DNA from: Gemmatimonadales bacterium
GTDB lineage: Bacteria > Gemmatimonadota > Gemmatimonadetes > Gemmatimonadales > GWC2-71-9
Direction: 5' to 3'
DNA: 64,000 nt
Assembly (NCBI GenBank): GCA_035577025.1
Contig: DATLVU010000052.1
Location: 7,303-71,302 of the forward strand
The position numbers and the translations under genes are program-made. Under the pieces are notes generated by a model, which was not told the origin of the DNA, searched no databases, and saw only the letters and a program-made list of their open reading frames with translations. Each line of letters opens with the position of its first letter. Position 1 is the stretch's first letter. Positions 36,359-44,782 of this stretch are shown one piece after another.

Positions 36359-37315
36359 TCAGCGGGCCTCGAGCTCGCGTAACACCGCCCACGCCAAGAG
36401 CGGAATCAGGATTTCGTGGTGTCCGGTGAGTTGGACCCCACGGCCACCCCCGAGCGTCGGGCGTTCCACGACATTGACCCGCGGCCGGTAGTGACGCTGC
36501 ATGTCGCAGTCGCACGCCGTGAACCCCGCGGGCCGACCCCCATTCAGGTTGCGCGCCACCGTGAGCGCCTTGAGGAACACCTCGGGCATCACGACCGCGC
36601 TGCCGATGTTCAGCACTACTCCGCCTTCGTGCAGCGAAGGGAGTGACGCCGCCAGCCGCCTGAAATCCCGATAGCTCGTTGCGCCGAGCGCGGCACCATC
36701 CGCGGTCGGGTGCTGATGAATGATGTCGGCGCCGATGGTGGCGTGGACGGTCACGGGGACCCCTCGCTCGGCGGCACCAAGGAGCAGGGAGGCCTCGGGA
36801 GCGGCGAGCCGCGGCCGCGCCCGGAGATAGTCGACGAGGGCCTCGCCCATCCCCTTGTCGCTCTTCGCGCCGGCCGCCACGGCGGCATTCATTTCGCGCC
36901 CGGTCTCCTCCGCCATGCCGAACGTGCCGTCCGCGAGGCCGGCCGCGACGTCCTCGCTCGTCCCGCCGTAGGCCGCCAGCTCGAAGTCGTGAATCGAGGC
37001 ACTGCCGTTCAAGGCGAGGTGCGTGATCACGCCACGCCGCATCAGCTCGCGGAGCAGGGGTCCGAGGCCCACCTTGACGACGTGTCCGCCGAGCATGACG
37101 ACCACTCCGTGGCGTCCGGTGGCGGCGGCGAGCCGATGGGCGACGTCGCGGAGGTCTTTCGCCGCGAGCACGTCCGGCAGGGCATCCCAGAACGCCGCGA
37201 AGCTGCGGTCGGGGCCGGGCGCGTGCGCGAGGAGGGAAGCGTCGACTTTGTTGGAGCGTTTCGCGATGGGGACCGTCTTGAGCCGCGACACGTCCGCCTC
37301 GCGGTAGTCGGTCAT
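36359..37315 (-). CDS. conserved hypothetical protein (possibly deoxyhypusine-synthase-like fold)
   Basis: 318-aa ORF translationally coupled (ATGA) to the upstream GT2 gene. Motifs VVMLGGHVVKVGL, LNGSASIHDFE, VHATIGADIIHQHP. The fold suggestion is weak. Confidence 0.6.
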   Translation of the reverse strand: MTDYREADVSRLKTVPIAKRSNKVDASLLAHAPGPDRSFAAFWDALPDVLAAKDLRDVAHRLAAATGRHGVVVMLGGHVVKVGLGPLLRELMRRGVITHLALNGSASIHDFELAAYGGTSEDVAAGLADGTFGMAEETGREMNAAVAAGAKSDKGMGEALVDYLRARPRLAAPEASLLLGAAERGVPVTVHATIGADIIHQHPTADGAALGATSYRDFRRLAASLPSLHEGGVVLNIGSAVVMPEVFLKALTVARNLNGGRPAGFTACDCDMQRHYRPRVNVVERPTLGGGRGVQLTGHHEILIPLLAWAVLRELEAR

Positions 37316-38886
37316 GGGTGCTCCGGAGGGGCGTCGGAGTACTCCTTGAGCTTGAGCGTCACCTGGCCGAACGAGAAGTTGGACTGCAACGCCACCATGA
37401 CGCGCAGGCTGTCATCGGAGAGCCACATCCGGGCATCGGCCTTCTCGGCGAAGATCCCGCCCCCGTTGGGAATGCGCGGCCGCACGACGATCGTGTTCCA
37501 CTTTCGTCCCGCAGCGCCGACTTTCTCCCGCTTGAGCACCTCGACGATGACTGGATTGCGCTCGGGACGAAAGTAGCGGTTGTACTCGTACTTCTTCCCG
37601 ACTTCGAGCGGCACCGTGCGAATCCAGTAGAGAAACGCGGCGTCGTCGAGCGGATCGGCGACGGTCGCGACCGTGGTGTCGTGGCCCGCCTCGCGGTAAA
37701 AGCCTGAATCCGGATAGATCTCGAACCTCCGCTCCCACGACTTGCCCTTCTCCTCGGTCTGATTCACAAACCGGCGGGAGTGGAAATCGCGACGCCCGAC
37801 CCACGATTCGAGGTTCTGATGAATGTGATACCAGAGCGCGCCCCCGTCGATCAGGAACACGAAATGGACCGATTCGACACCCCGGACCGTGTCGATGCCC
37901 GCGACCTGCATCGTCGCCGTGCCGACGCTGAAGGGTCCGTAGCGGGCGCCATAGACCAGGCGCTCTCCGACCGGGAACGGGACCGCCAGGGGCTGGGGAG
38001 CGGGAGCGGGAGCGGGAGCCGGAGCGGGGGCGGCCGGGGTCGGTGGAATCGCGCGGGCAGTATTTGAGTCGGACTGGCACGGCCGGGGCGGGGTCGAGTC
38101 CACGCGCGCACTGTCCGACTGCGCCTGCAAGGTCACGGCGACGAGAAGGAGCGCCGTCGCGGCGCGGGCGGCCCGGATCACCGCGCGGGCGCGCCAGGCA
38201 CCGAGGAGCTGGCGCCACGGCCGAACCCGCGACGGACGCTGCACCAGGTCGTAGCGCGTCGCGGCCTGGACGGTGTCGAGCCGACGCGCGTGCGGCGCAA
38301 GGCGTGCGACCAGCTCCGCACTCGCGCACCAGCCGTCCGTCCGAAGGAAGGGCGCGGCATCGCCGCGCAGCGCCTGGCGCAGAATGATCAGCCGTAGCGC
38401 GAGATATCCCGAGACGCTGTCCCGCACCCCGGCGATGCGCAGCAGCCGTGGGGCCCAGCGGCGGGCGAAACGGAGCGCCTGCGAAACCCGACCCCCCCCC
38501 TGCTCCTCCAGGAGCTCGGCCACCACGAGATCCGCGCCCGATTCGAGGCGCTTCACGAGGTCTTCCATCGCCTCCGGCGAATGGGCGAAATCGGCGTGCA
38601 GGGTAATCGCGCAATCCCGCTTGGGCCGGTCCGTCCGTTGCAGGGCGAGGCGGAGGAGGGCCTCGAGGCTCCGCGCGTACCCGTGGCGCTCCCTGTGCGT
38701 GACGATCGTCATCGGCAGCACCTTGGCGTAGGAGGCGAGCACCTCCGCGGTGTTGTCCGTCGAGGCGTCGTCGAGCACCAGGAGCTGATACTCGCGCGGA
38801 AACGCCGTGAAAACCTGGCGCACCTTCCAGAGCACCAACCCAGCGGTGCGGGCTTCGTTATGCACGGGCACGCAGACGTAGATCAT
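37312..38886 (-). CDS. glycosyltransferase family 2 fused to a DUF3108-like domain
   Basis: The N-terminus (IYVCVPVHNE...LVLDDASTDNT) is GT2. A TM segment follows, then a (PA)n linker. The C-terminal domain (ERLVYGARYGPFSVGTATMQV...) resembles DUF3108. ATG 38886. Confidence 0.75.
   Translation of the reverse strand: MIYVCVPVHNEARTAGLVLWKVRQVFTAFPREYQLLVLDDASTDNTAEVLASYAKVLPMTIVTHRERHGYARSLEALLRLALQRTDRPKRDCAITLHADFAHSPEAMEDLVKRLESGADLVVAELLEEQGGGRVSQALRFARRWAPRLLRIAGVRDSVSGYLALRLIILRQALRGDAAPFLRTDGWCASAELVARLAPHARRLDTVQAATRYDLVQRPSRVRPWRQLLGAWRARAVIRAARAATALLLVAVTLQAQSDSARVDSTPPRPCQSDSNTARAIPPTPAAPAPAPAPAPAPQPLAVPFPVGERLVYGARYGPFSVGTATMQVAGIDTVRGVESVHFVFLIDGGALWYHIHQNLESWVGRRDFHSRRFVNQTEEKGKSWERRFEIYPDSGFYREAGHDTTVATVADPLDDAAFLYWIRTVPLEVGKKYEYNRYFRPERNPVIVEVLKREKVGAAGRKWNTIVVRPRIPNGGGIFAEKADARMWLSDDSLRVMVALQSNFSFGQVTLKLKEYSDAPPEHP
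37995..38031. repeat. GGGGAGC-(GGGAGC)n hexamer array encoding the (PA)n linker
   Basis: Read directly from the sequence. This is a hexamer variant of the GGGGAGC unit and stays in frame as PAPAPAPAPAPAP. Confidence 0.9.
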
Positions 38887-38897
38887 GGCCCTGCAAT

Positions 38898-39956
38898 CTA
38901 GACGAGCGACCGATAGACAGCCAAGACACCGGCGGCCATGGCGGACGCGGTGAACTGCGCGGGAAGGGGGAAGGGGGAAGGGTGATCCAGTGCTTTGATC
39001 ACCTTCCGCGCGAGTGCCGCCGCGTCGCCCACCGGAACGATCCACTCGGACGGCACGACCTCGGGGAGGCCGCCCGCCGCCGTCGCGACGACCGGTTTCC
39101 CGAGCGCCAGGGCGTGGAGCACGACGGTCCCCAGGCCTTCCGCTCGCGACGACATGACGACGACGTCGCTCTCCGCCAGGAGCGCGTCGGCCCGGGCCAC
39201 GTGCCCAAGCAGGTGGACGCGATCGGCTAGCCCCAGGCGTCGTACCTCGACATCCAGCGCGTCACGCTCGGGGCCGTCTCCCGCGATGATCCAATGCAGG
39301 TCGGGACACGACGACCGCGCCGTGTGCGCGGCCAGTAGCAGCGTCCGCTGGTCCTTCGGCGGCTCGAGCGCGGCGACGTTGGCCACGAGCAGCGTCCCCC
39401 CCGGCAACCCGAGCGACTCCCGAATCGCGAAGGGCGGCGCGGCGGCGCGGCGGATCTCGTCTGGGTCGATGCCCGATCGGACAACCCGCACCTCCCCGGG
39501 CGGGAACCCCGCCGCGAGCAACGCCGCCCGCGCCGCTTCGGAGATCGCGATCACCGTGTCGGCCTGGCGCAATGCGCTGCGCCGCCCCGCGGGGAACACC
39601 ACCCGGCGCGTCGCCACGAGTCGGGGGGGGGGGACGCGGCCCGCGAGCCCGAGAAACCGACGCGCCCAGAGCGCGAGGGTCACCGCATGCGCGTTGTGGG
39701 CGTGGATGACATCGGGAGGCCAGGCGAGCGCTTCCACGGCGATGCGCCACGACGCTCGCGGGTCGAGCCCCATGGCCCACGGGACCTCCCGCACCGTGAC
39801 GCCGTCGGCGGCCGTGCGACGCGCCAGCTCGCTGGCGCGCTTCGTGATGAGGCGCTGCTCCACGTCCGGCTCGCGGGCCAGCTCCCGCGCGAGCAGGCGT
39901 ACCTGATCCTGCCCGCCCCGGTACTCGCGGCCGGAGTCAACGTGCAGGACGCGCAC
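38898..39956 (-). CDS. glycosyltransferase family 4 (GT-B)
   Basis: MRVLHVDSG...GGQDQV at the N-terminus and a C-terminal EGLG...LHALALGKPVVATAAGGLPEVV (E-X7-E region). Confidence 0.85.
   Translation of the reverse strand: MRVLHVDSGREYRGGQDQVRLLARELAREPDVEQRLITKRASELARRTAADGVTVREVPWAMGLDPRASWRIAVEALAWPPDVIHAHNAHAVTLALWARRFLGLAGRVPPPRLVATRRVVFPAGRRSALRQADTVIAISEAARAALLAAGFPPGEVRVVRSGIDPDEIRRAAAPPFAIRESLGLPGGTLLVANVAALEPPKDQRTLLLAAHTARSSCPDLHWIIAGDGPERDALDVEVRRLGLADRVHLLGHVARADALLAESDVVVMSSRAEGLGTVVLHALALGKPVVATAAGGLPEVVPSEWIVPVGDAAALARKVIKALDHPSPFPLPAQFTASAMAAGVLAVYRSLV
38961..38981. repeat. heptamer tandem array (GGGAAGG)x3 inside the GT4 gene
   Basis: Read directly from the sequence. It encodes PSPFPLP near the C-terminus. 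Confidence 0.95.
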
Positions 39957-39971
39957 GTCTCCCTGCTTCCC

Positions 39972-41936
39972 TCAGGCCGGCTGCTTCCCGGCGTGGCCGA
40001 GGGCCGCGCGCAGCTCGGCCAGGGTGAACGGCTTCCGCAGGTACGGCCGGCCGAGTTGTTCGAGGAACTGGAGGGTGTCGCCGCGGACCGTGTCGCCCGT
40101 GGCGAAGATGATCCGCTCGGCGACCCGCGGGTCCTGCCGGGCCAGCTTGGAGTACATCTCGCGTCCCGACAGGTGCGGCATCCGCAGATCGCAGATGATG
40201 ACGTCGAACGTGCCCGCCAAGGCCCGTTCCAGCGCATAGGTGCCGTCGCTCGCCACCTCGACGGTATGGCCCCAGCTCTCGAGCGTGGCGCGCATGTAGT
40301 GTAGGATGTGGGGCTCGTCGTCGACGACGAGAATACTGAGCTGGGGCGCCTCTGTCGCCAGCCGGGGTGCGGTCTCCGCGGGCGCAGCCTCCGCGCGCAG
40401 CGGCAGTTCCACGGTGAAGGTCGCTCCGCCGCCTGGTGGAGTCTCGAGCGTGATCCGCCCGCCATGCTCCTTCACGATCCCCTGGGAGATCGAGAGCCCG
40501 AGACCGGTTCCCGCGCCCTCAGGCTTGGTGGTGAAGAAGGGCTCGAACACGCGGGAGGCGATCTCTTCCGGCATGCCCGGTCCCGAGTCCGTCACGCTCA
40601 CCGCCACACTGTCGTGGACGCGCTTGGCGGTGATCCAGATCCGGCCCGACGGGGCGTCGCTCGCGATCGCCTGGCACGCGTTATTGATGATGTTGACGAA
40701 CACCTGCTTGATCTGGTTGGCGCTCACCTCGATGTCGGGAAGCCCCGGTTCGACCTCGAGTGTGGCCTCGACTTTGTCTGCCATCAGCTGGTTGCGCAGC
40801 AGCGCGAGCGTCGAGTCGAGCAGAACCCGGACCGGCAGCGGCGTCCGCTCGCCCTCCTGGCGCCGGGCGAAGGAGAGGAGGTTCTTGACGATCGTGGCCG
40901 CCCGCTCGGCCTCCTGACGAATCACCTGGAGCGGCTCCTGCAGCGACGGCGGGATCCCGCCCGCTTCGGCGAGGAAGTCGCTGAACCCGACGACCGAGGC
41001 GAGGGGGTTGTTTAGGTCGTGCGCCACACCGGCGATGAGTTGACCGATCGCCGACATTTTCTCAGACTGTATGAGCTGTTCCTGGAGGCGCCGGCGGTCG
41101 GTCTGATCCTCGAACACGAGCACGGCTGCGCCAGGATCGGCCATCGGGATCGCGGTGAGCAGGAGCGTCCGGTCCCCCGCGCGGATCTCGGCTGTGCTGG
41201 CGGTCGGCTCGGCGATCGCGCGCGCGACGGGATCCGACCACTGGGGCGGGAGCAAGCCGATCCAGGGGCGGCCCGGGATGGCCGTGACGGCGGTCTGAAT
41301 CAGCTCGGCGAATACGCGATTGGCTCGTCGGACCGTGCCGTGCGCGTCCACGATGCAGATCGCTTGGGAGATGGCGTCCACGGTCTTCTCCCACTCGCGC
41401 TTGGCGGACGACAGCAGCTCCACGAGGCGGGCGTTCTCGAGCGCGATGGCGGCCTGGGCCAGGACGGCGGCGACGAGCGTCAGCTCGGTCTTGCCGAAGG
41501 TGCCCGCGCGCTCGCTCGAGAGCGAGACGGCGCCCATGGTCCGACCGCCGGCCACCAGGGGCGCTCCAAGCCACGACGCCGGGGCGTCGGACAGCTCCGT
41601 GCCGCGCCGGCGGGCTTCCTCGCGGACGTCCTTGAGAAAGGCGAGCGGACCGCGCCGGAGCGCCAGCTGGAGCAAGGGGTCGTCGGTGCTGGCGGGGACA
41701 GGTTGCGTGTCGTAGGTCACCGCGAGCCGGTTCGTTTCGGCGTCTAGTAGGATGACGGACAGGCGGTCGGGCTTGAGCGTCTCGCCGAGGGCGCGCGCCA
41801 CGAGCTCGATCACCGTCGCCGGCCGGTATGCCCCGGTCAGTTCCTGGGCCAGCGTCGTCAGGCGCGCCAGCAACTCGGCGCCGCCTGGGGGGGTAGGAGC
41901 GCTAGAGGGAGGCTTGGGCATGATCCTGGCCAACAT
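39972..41936 (-). CDS. hybrid sensor histidine kinase/response regulator (GAF-PAS-HisKA-HATPase-REC)
   Basis: H-box AGVAHDLNNPLASV. ATPase motifs DSGPGMP and GTGLGLSI. C-terminal receiver ILVVDDEPH...DVIICDLRMPHLSG. The start could be ATG 41921. Confidence 0.9.
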   Translation of the reverse strand: MLARIMPKPPSSAPTPPGGAELLARLTTLAQELTGAYRPATVIELVARALGETLKPDRLSVILLDAETNRLAVTYDTQPVPASTDDPLLQLALRRGPLAFLKDVREEARRRGTELSDAPASWLGAPLVAGGRTMGAVSLSSERAGTFGKTELTLVAAVLAQAAIALENARLVELLSSAKREWEKTVDAISQAICIVDAHGTVRRANRVFAELIQTAVTAIPGRPWIGLLPPQWSDPVARAIAEPTASTAEIRAGDRTLLLTAIPMADPGAAVLVFEDQTDRRRLQEQLIQSEKMSAIGQLIAGVAHDLNNPLASVVGFSDFLAEAGGIPPSLQEPLQVIRQEAERAATIVKNLLSFARRQEGERTPLPVRVLLDSTLALLRNQLMADKVEATLEVEPGLPDIEVSANQIKQVFVNIINNACQAIASDAPSGRIWITAKRVHDSVAVSVTDSGPGMPEEIASRVFEPFFTTKPEGAGTGLGLSISQGIVKEHGGRITLETPPGGGATFTVELPLRAEAAPAETAPRLATEAPQLSILVVDDEPHILHYMRATLESWGHTVEVASDGTYALERALAGTFDVIICDLRMPHLSGREMYSKLARQDPRVAERIIFATGDTVRGDTLQFLEQLGRPYLRKPFTLAELRAALGHAGKQPA

Positions 41937-42630
41937 CCGAGGTCGGTTGCGAGGGCCGGACCTTCGGCTCGTGGCGCTCGCGCTGGCGCGCGGGGACGCC
42001 GCGCGCCGCGCGCGTTACGAGCGCGTGATGCTCGAGCAGGGACCCGATGAGCTCCTCGACGAGCCGGGCCTGCTCGAGGCCCTGCTCGCGGTGCGCACGC
42101 TCGCCGTTCCATCGCCCGCGCTGTTCGCCTACGTCGCGGTCCGTCACACGCTCCGGGCCGCCGGCGTCGACGACCGGCTGCTCGCCGACTACCTCGCGGC
42201 GCTCCTGCTGGAGTTCGGCGATCACGACCGGCGTTCCCGCGTGCGGAGTGGGGCCGACGACGAGACCTATCACTATCTGGTCGACATGGTGGAGGACCTC
42301 GCGGGGCTCGACGACGCTGGAGAACGCGGCTTCCTGCTGCGTGTGCACCTCGGGAACTACAGCCTGTGGCTTGCCGGTCTGTTTCCTGATTACATCGCCG
42401 CCCGGCGCTCGCGGAAAGGTGGGCCCGACCTCCCGTATTACGACGAGCTGGGCCGCCAGGGCTACCGCCTCGCCGCGGCGCATCGCCTCGCCGAACGCTT
42501 CGGTGTGGCTCCGATCTATCGCGCCGCCGCCGACCGGTTCCCGACGCTCCGCGTGGCGTTCAATCGCCTGAGCGACCGGGTGTTCTTCCCGAACGTCAGT
42601 ACTCCCGAGAAGATACTTCGAAATCTGTGA
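41920..42630 (+). CDS. hypothetical protein
   Basis: 236-aa ORF from ATG 41920, or from the internal ATG 42025. No recognisable motif. Convergent with the SCP2 gene. Confidence 0.5.
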   Translation: MILANIRGRLRGPDLRLVALALARGDAARRARYERVMLEQGPDELLDEPGLLEALLAVRTLAVPSPALFAYVAVRHTLRAAGVDDRLLADYLAALLLEFGDHDRRSRVRSGADDETYHYLVDMVEDLAGLDDAGERGFLLRVHLGNYSLWLAGLFPDYIAARRSRKGGPDLPYYDELGRQGYRLAAAHRLAERFGVAPIYRAAADRFPTLRVAFNRLSDRVFFPNVSTPEKILRNL

Positions 42631-42688
42631 GCCGTGAGCGGTGAGCGGGACTGTAACGACCTCTCACCGCTTACCGCTCCCCGCTCAC
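42627..42688. repeat. inverted heptamer arrays forming a long hairpin between convergent genes (likely bidirectional terminator)
   Basis: GTGAGCC GTGAGCG GTGAGCG (42627-42647), a 16-nt spacer, then TCACCGC TTACCGC TCCCCGC TCAC (42664-42688). It overlaps both stop codons (42628-42630 and 42685-42687). Confidence 0.85.
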
Positions 42689-43107
42689 TCGTCCAGGAAT
42701 CGCGTCGGCACCCGCGTGGCCGCCTCGACCAGCTGCTCCGCGGACTTCACGAATCGGACGACAATCGGCAGCGAGCCCTTGAGCGACAGTTTCCGCTGCA
42801 TGATCCCGGCGATCGGTCCGAGCTCCTTGCGAATCACGCGCTTCCAGTGAGCGTAATCCCCTGAGATCACGAAGGGCGCCTTGTCGGCGTCACCCGGAGA
42901 GACCACCCGGGCGGCCCGGCAGGCACCGCGATCGAGGTCGAGCCAGATGCCGACCGGATCGGCGATCCCGATCTCGGGCTGTCGGTTCACCACGAGCGCG
43001 ACCGGACCGTGCGTCCACTCGAGCGACGCCGCGCGGTATGCGTCGCTTGCGTTGATCGCCACCTCGTACGCTTGGACCCATTCGGCCGACGGAAACGCCA
43101 GGCTCAT
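42685..43107 (-). CDS. SCP2 sterol-binding-domain protein
   Basis: 140 aa. The pattern FVISGDYAHWKRVIRKELGPIAGIMQRKLSLKGSL is typical of SCP-2-like domains. ATG 43107 overlaps the upstream stop. Confidence 0.7.
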   Translation of the reverse strand: MSLAFPSAEWVQAYEVAINASDAYRAASLEWTHGPVALVVNRQPEIGIADPVGIWLDLDRGACRAARVVSPGDADKAPFVISGDYAHWKRVIRKELGPIAGIMQRKLSLKGSLPIVVRFVKSAEQLVEAATRVPTRFLDE

Positions 43108-43790
43108 GGCAAGGCCTCCGCAAAACTGCCGAATACCGCCGCGTCCAGATCTTCTTCCGGGTGCCACTGAACGGCGAGCGTCCAGGGCGCGTTCGTGTCC
43201 CGCGGCTCGACGCTCTCGATCACGCCGTCTGCGGCCCAGGCGGTGGCGCGCAGGCCCGGGGCAAGGTCGCGAATCGACTGATGGTGCCGCGTGTTCACCA
43301 TCGCGGTCTCGGCGTCCACCGCGCGGTGCACGCGTGTACGGGGCTCGACCCGCACGGCGTGCCGCGCGTTCGTATCGGTGTGATCGATTGGTCCGGGGCG
43401 CTCGCTCGGGAGATCCTGGTACAGGGTTCCGCCCAGCGCCACGTTCAATATCTGGAGGCCGCGACAGATCGCCAACACCGGGAGTCCCCGGCGCTCCGCG
43501 CCGGCGATGAGCGCGAGCTCTACCGCGTCGCGCGCGGCGTCGGTCTCCCCCAGCTTCGGGTGAGGCTTCGCCCCGTAGCGGGCCGGCTCGACGTCCTCGC
43601 CGCCCGAGAGCACGAGGCCCTGCACCCGGTCGAGCACCGAGCAGGCCGCATCCGGATCGAGCAGGGGAGCAACGAGCACGGGCACCATGCCTGCACGGGT
43701 GAGCGCGCGCACGTAGGCGGTGTTCAACGCGACCCGCTCACGTCCGTCGTCGGTGCGGCGCGTCGCGCTGACGGCGACGATCTTGGTCAC
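43104..43790 (-). CDS. class I glutamine amidotransferase / peptidase C26 (gamma-glutamyl hydrolase, PuuD-like)
   Basis: LSGGEDVEP, the nucleophile elbow LAICRGLQILNVALGGTLYQDL, HHQSI and QWHPE. GTG 43790 is the proposed start; the longest ORF runs to 44258. Confidence 0.8.
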   Translation of the reverse strand: MTKIVAVSATRRTDDGRERVALNTAYVRALTRAGMVPVLVAPLLDPDAACSVLDRVQGLVLSGGEDVEPARYGAKPHPKLGETDAARDAVELALIAGAERRGLPVLAICRGLQILNVALGGTLYQDLPSERPGPIDHTDTNARHAVRVEPRTRVHRAVDAETAMVNTRHHQSIRDLAPGLRATAWAADGVIESVEPRDTNAPWTLAVQWHPEEDLDAAVFGSFAEALP

Positions 43791-44305
43791 GCAGGGGGGA
43801 CGGGGGCGGGGGGCGCTCCGAACAGCGGGCACCGCGGGTTGCTCATGTTCGCCCACTGCACCCGCACGCCGAACAAGGGGATCGTGCGGTCGCCCGCGAC
43901 GAGCTGGCCGATGCTCGGATACCCCGGCGGCGGTCGCTGCGACTCGTAGATGAGCACACCCTGCGCTCGTTGCGTGGAGTCGTCCACCACGAGGAGCGCA
44001 TAGACGGTCGAGTCGGACACCGATGTGGCGGGGAATCCCGAGCCCTGGTAGTCCATCGTCAATGCGCCCTTGGTGTAGGTCACCTGCACCGTGCTTTGCG
44101 CTGTCGTACCGGCGACGCGAACGGGCAGCGATGCCGGCAACCCCCGGGGCGGCTCGGTGAGCACGAACGGGAGGTGCCTCAGCTGTTCCTGGATGAGCGA
44201 CGGGGAAATGAGGAGCGCCATCCCGCAGGTGGGAGAGCGCGTCCGGTCCCCGCCGCACGCCACGGCGAAGATCGTGGCCACGCGTGCCAGGTCGCGGGGC
44301 ATCAT
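43787..44305 (-). CDS. hypothetical lipoprotein
   Basis: MMPRDLARVATIFAVACGG lipobox. The start overlaps the upstream stop. I recognise no family. Confidence 0.6.
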   Translation of the reverse strand: MMPRDLARVATIFAVACGGDRTRSPTCGMALLISPSLIQEQLRHLPFVLTEPPRGLPASLPVRVAGTTAQSTVQVTYTKGALTMDYQGSGFPATSVSDSTVYALLVVDDSTQRAQGVLIYESQRPPPGYPSIGQLVAGDRTIPLFGVRVQWANMSNPRCPLFGAPPAPVPPA

Positions 44306-44772
44306 GGGACGGTCACCACTTCCGTGACTGTGGTTGGGTACGGCGCGTCCGCGGCGATGCGCCGCAGCTCGAGGCTGTCGGCGTCGGGGACGAGCGATGT
44401 ACCGAAGCGCAGCGTGTCGCCCCCCCCGCCCCCGACCAGCCACGCGGCCGTTCGAGCCTTGGTCGAGGCGGGCCGGTCGAGCTCCACGCCGATGATCCAG
44501 CGTCCGGTGTGGCCCAGCGGACCACCCTCGACCTTGCTCCGCTCGGGCTCCCCGTGATAGCGGCGGTACAGGCGCCCCGAAATCCAGTCGCCCGCATGCG
44601 TCTCGAGGGTGATCCGGAGATAGACGGTGGAGTCAACGGGCACGGCGCTCGTGGCCGCTGCTCGTCCAGACCGAAAGATGCGTGTCAGCTCCCAGGTACC
44701 CTCGAGCGGGCCGGTTTGCGCGGTCGAGAAGGAGAGTGCCATCGCGAGCAGCACGCCGGCGGCGTGGATCAT
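44302..44772 (-). CDS. hypothetical secreted protein (lipocalin-like GTWEL motif)
   Basis: Signal peptide MIHAAGVLLAMALSFSTAQ followed by GPLEGTWELTR. It lies 10 nt downstream of the receptor gene. Confidence 0.6.
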   Translation of the reverse strand: MIHAAGVLLAMALSFSTAQTGPLEGTWELTRIFRSGRAAATSAVPVDSTVYLRITLETHAGDWISGRLYRRYHGEPERSKVEGGPLGHTGRWIIGVELDRPASTKARTAAWLVGGGGGDTLRFGTSLVPDADSLELRRIAADAPYPTTVTEVVTVP

Positions 44773-44782
44773 CGCCCCCAAT

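Noticed and set aside
41919-41936. Divergent genes whose start codons overlap on a CATG tetranucleotide. This occurs here and again at 47539-47542.
   Set aside because: Any CATG gives an ATG on both strands, and high-G+C frames stay open by chance. Better-supported starts exist a few codons downstream (a signal peptide at 47475 or 47463; alternative ATGs at 41921 and 42025). The overlaps are therefore probably annotation artefacts.
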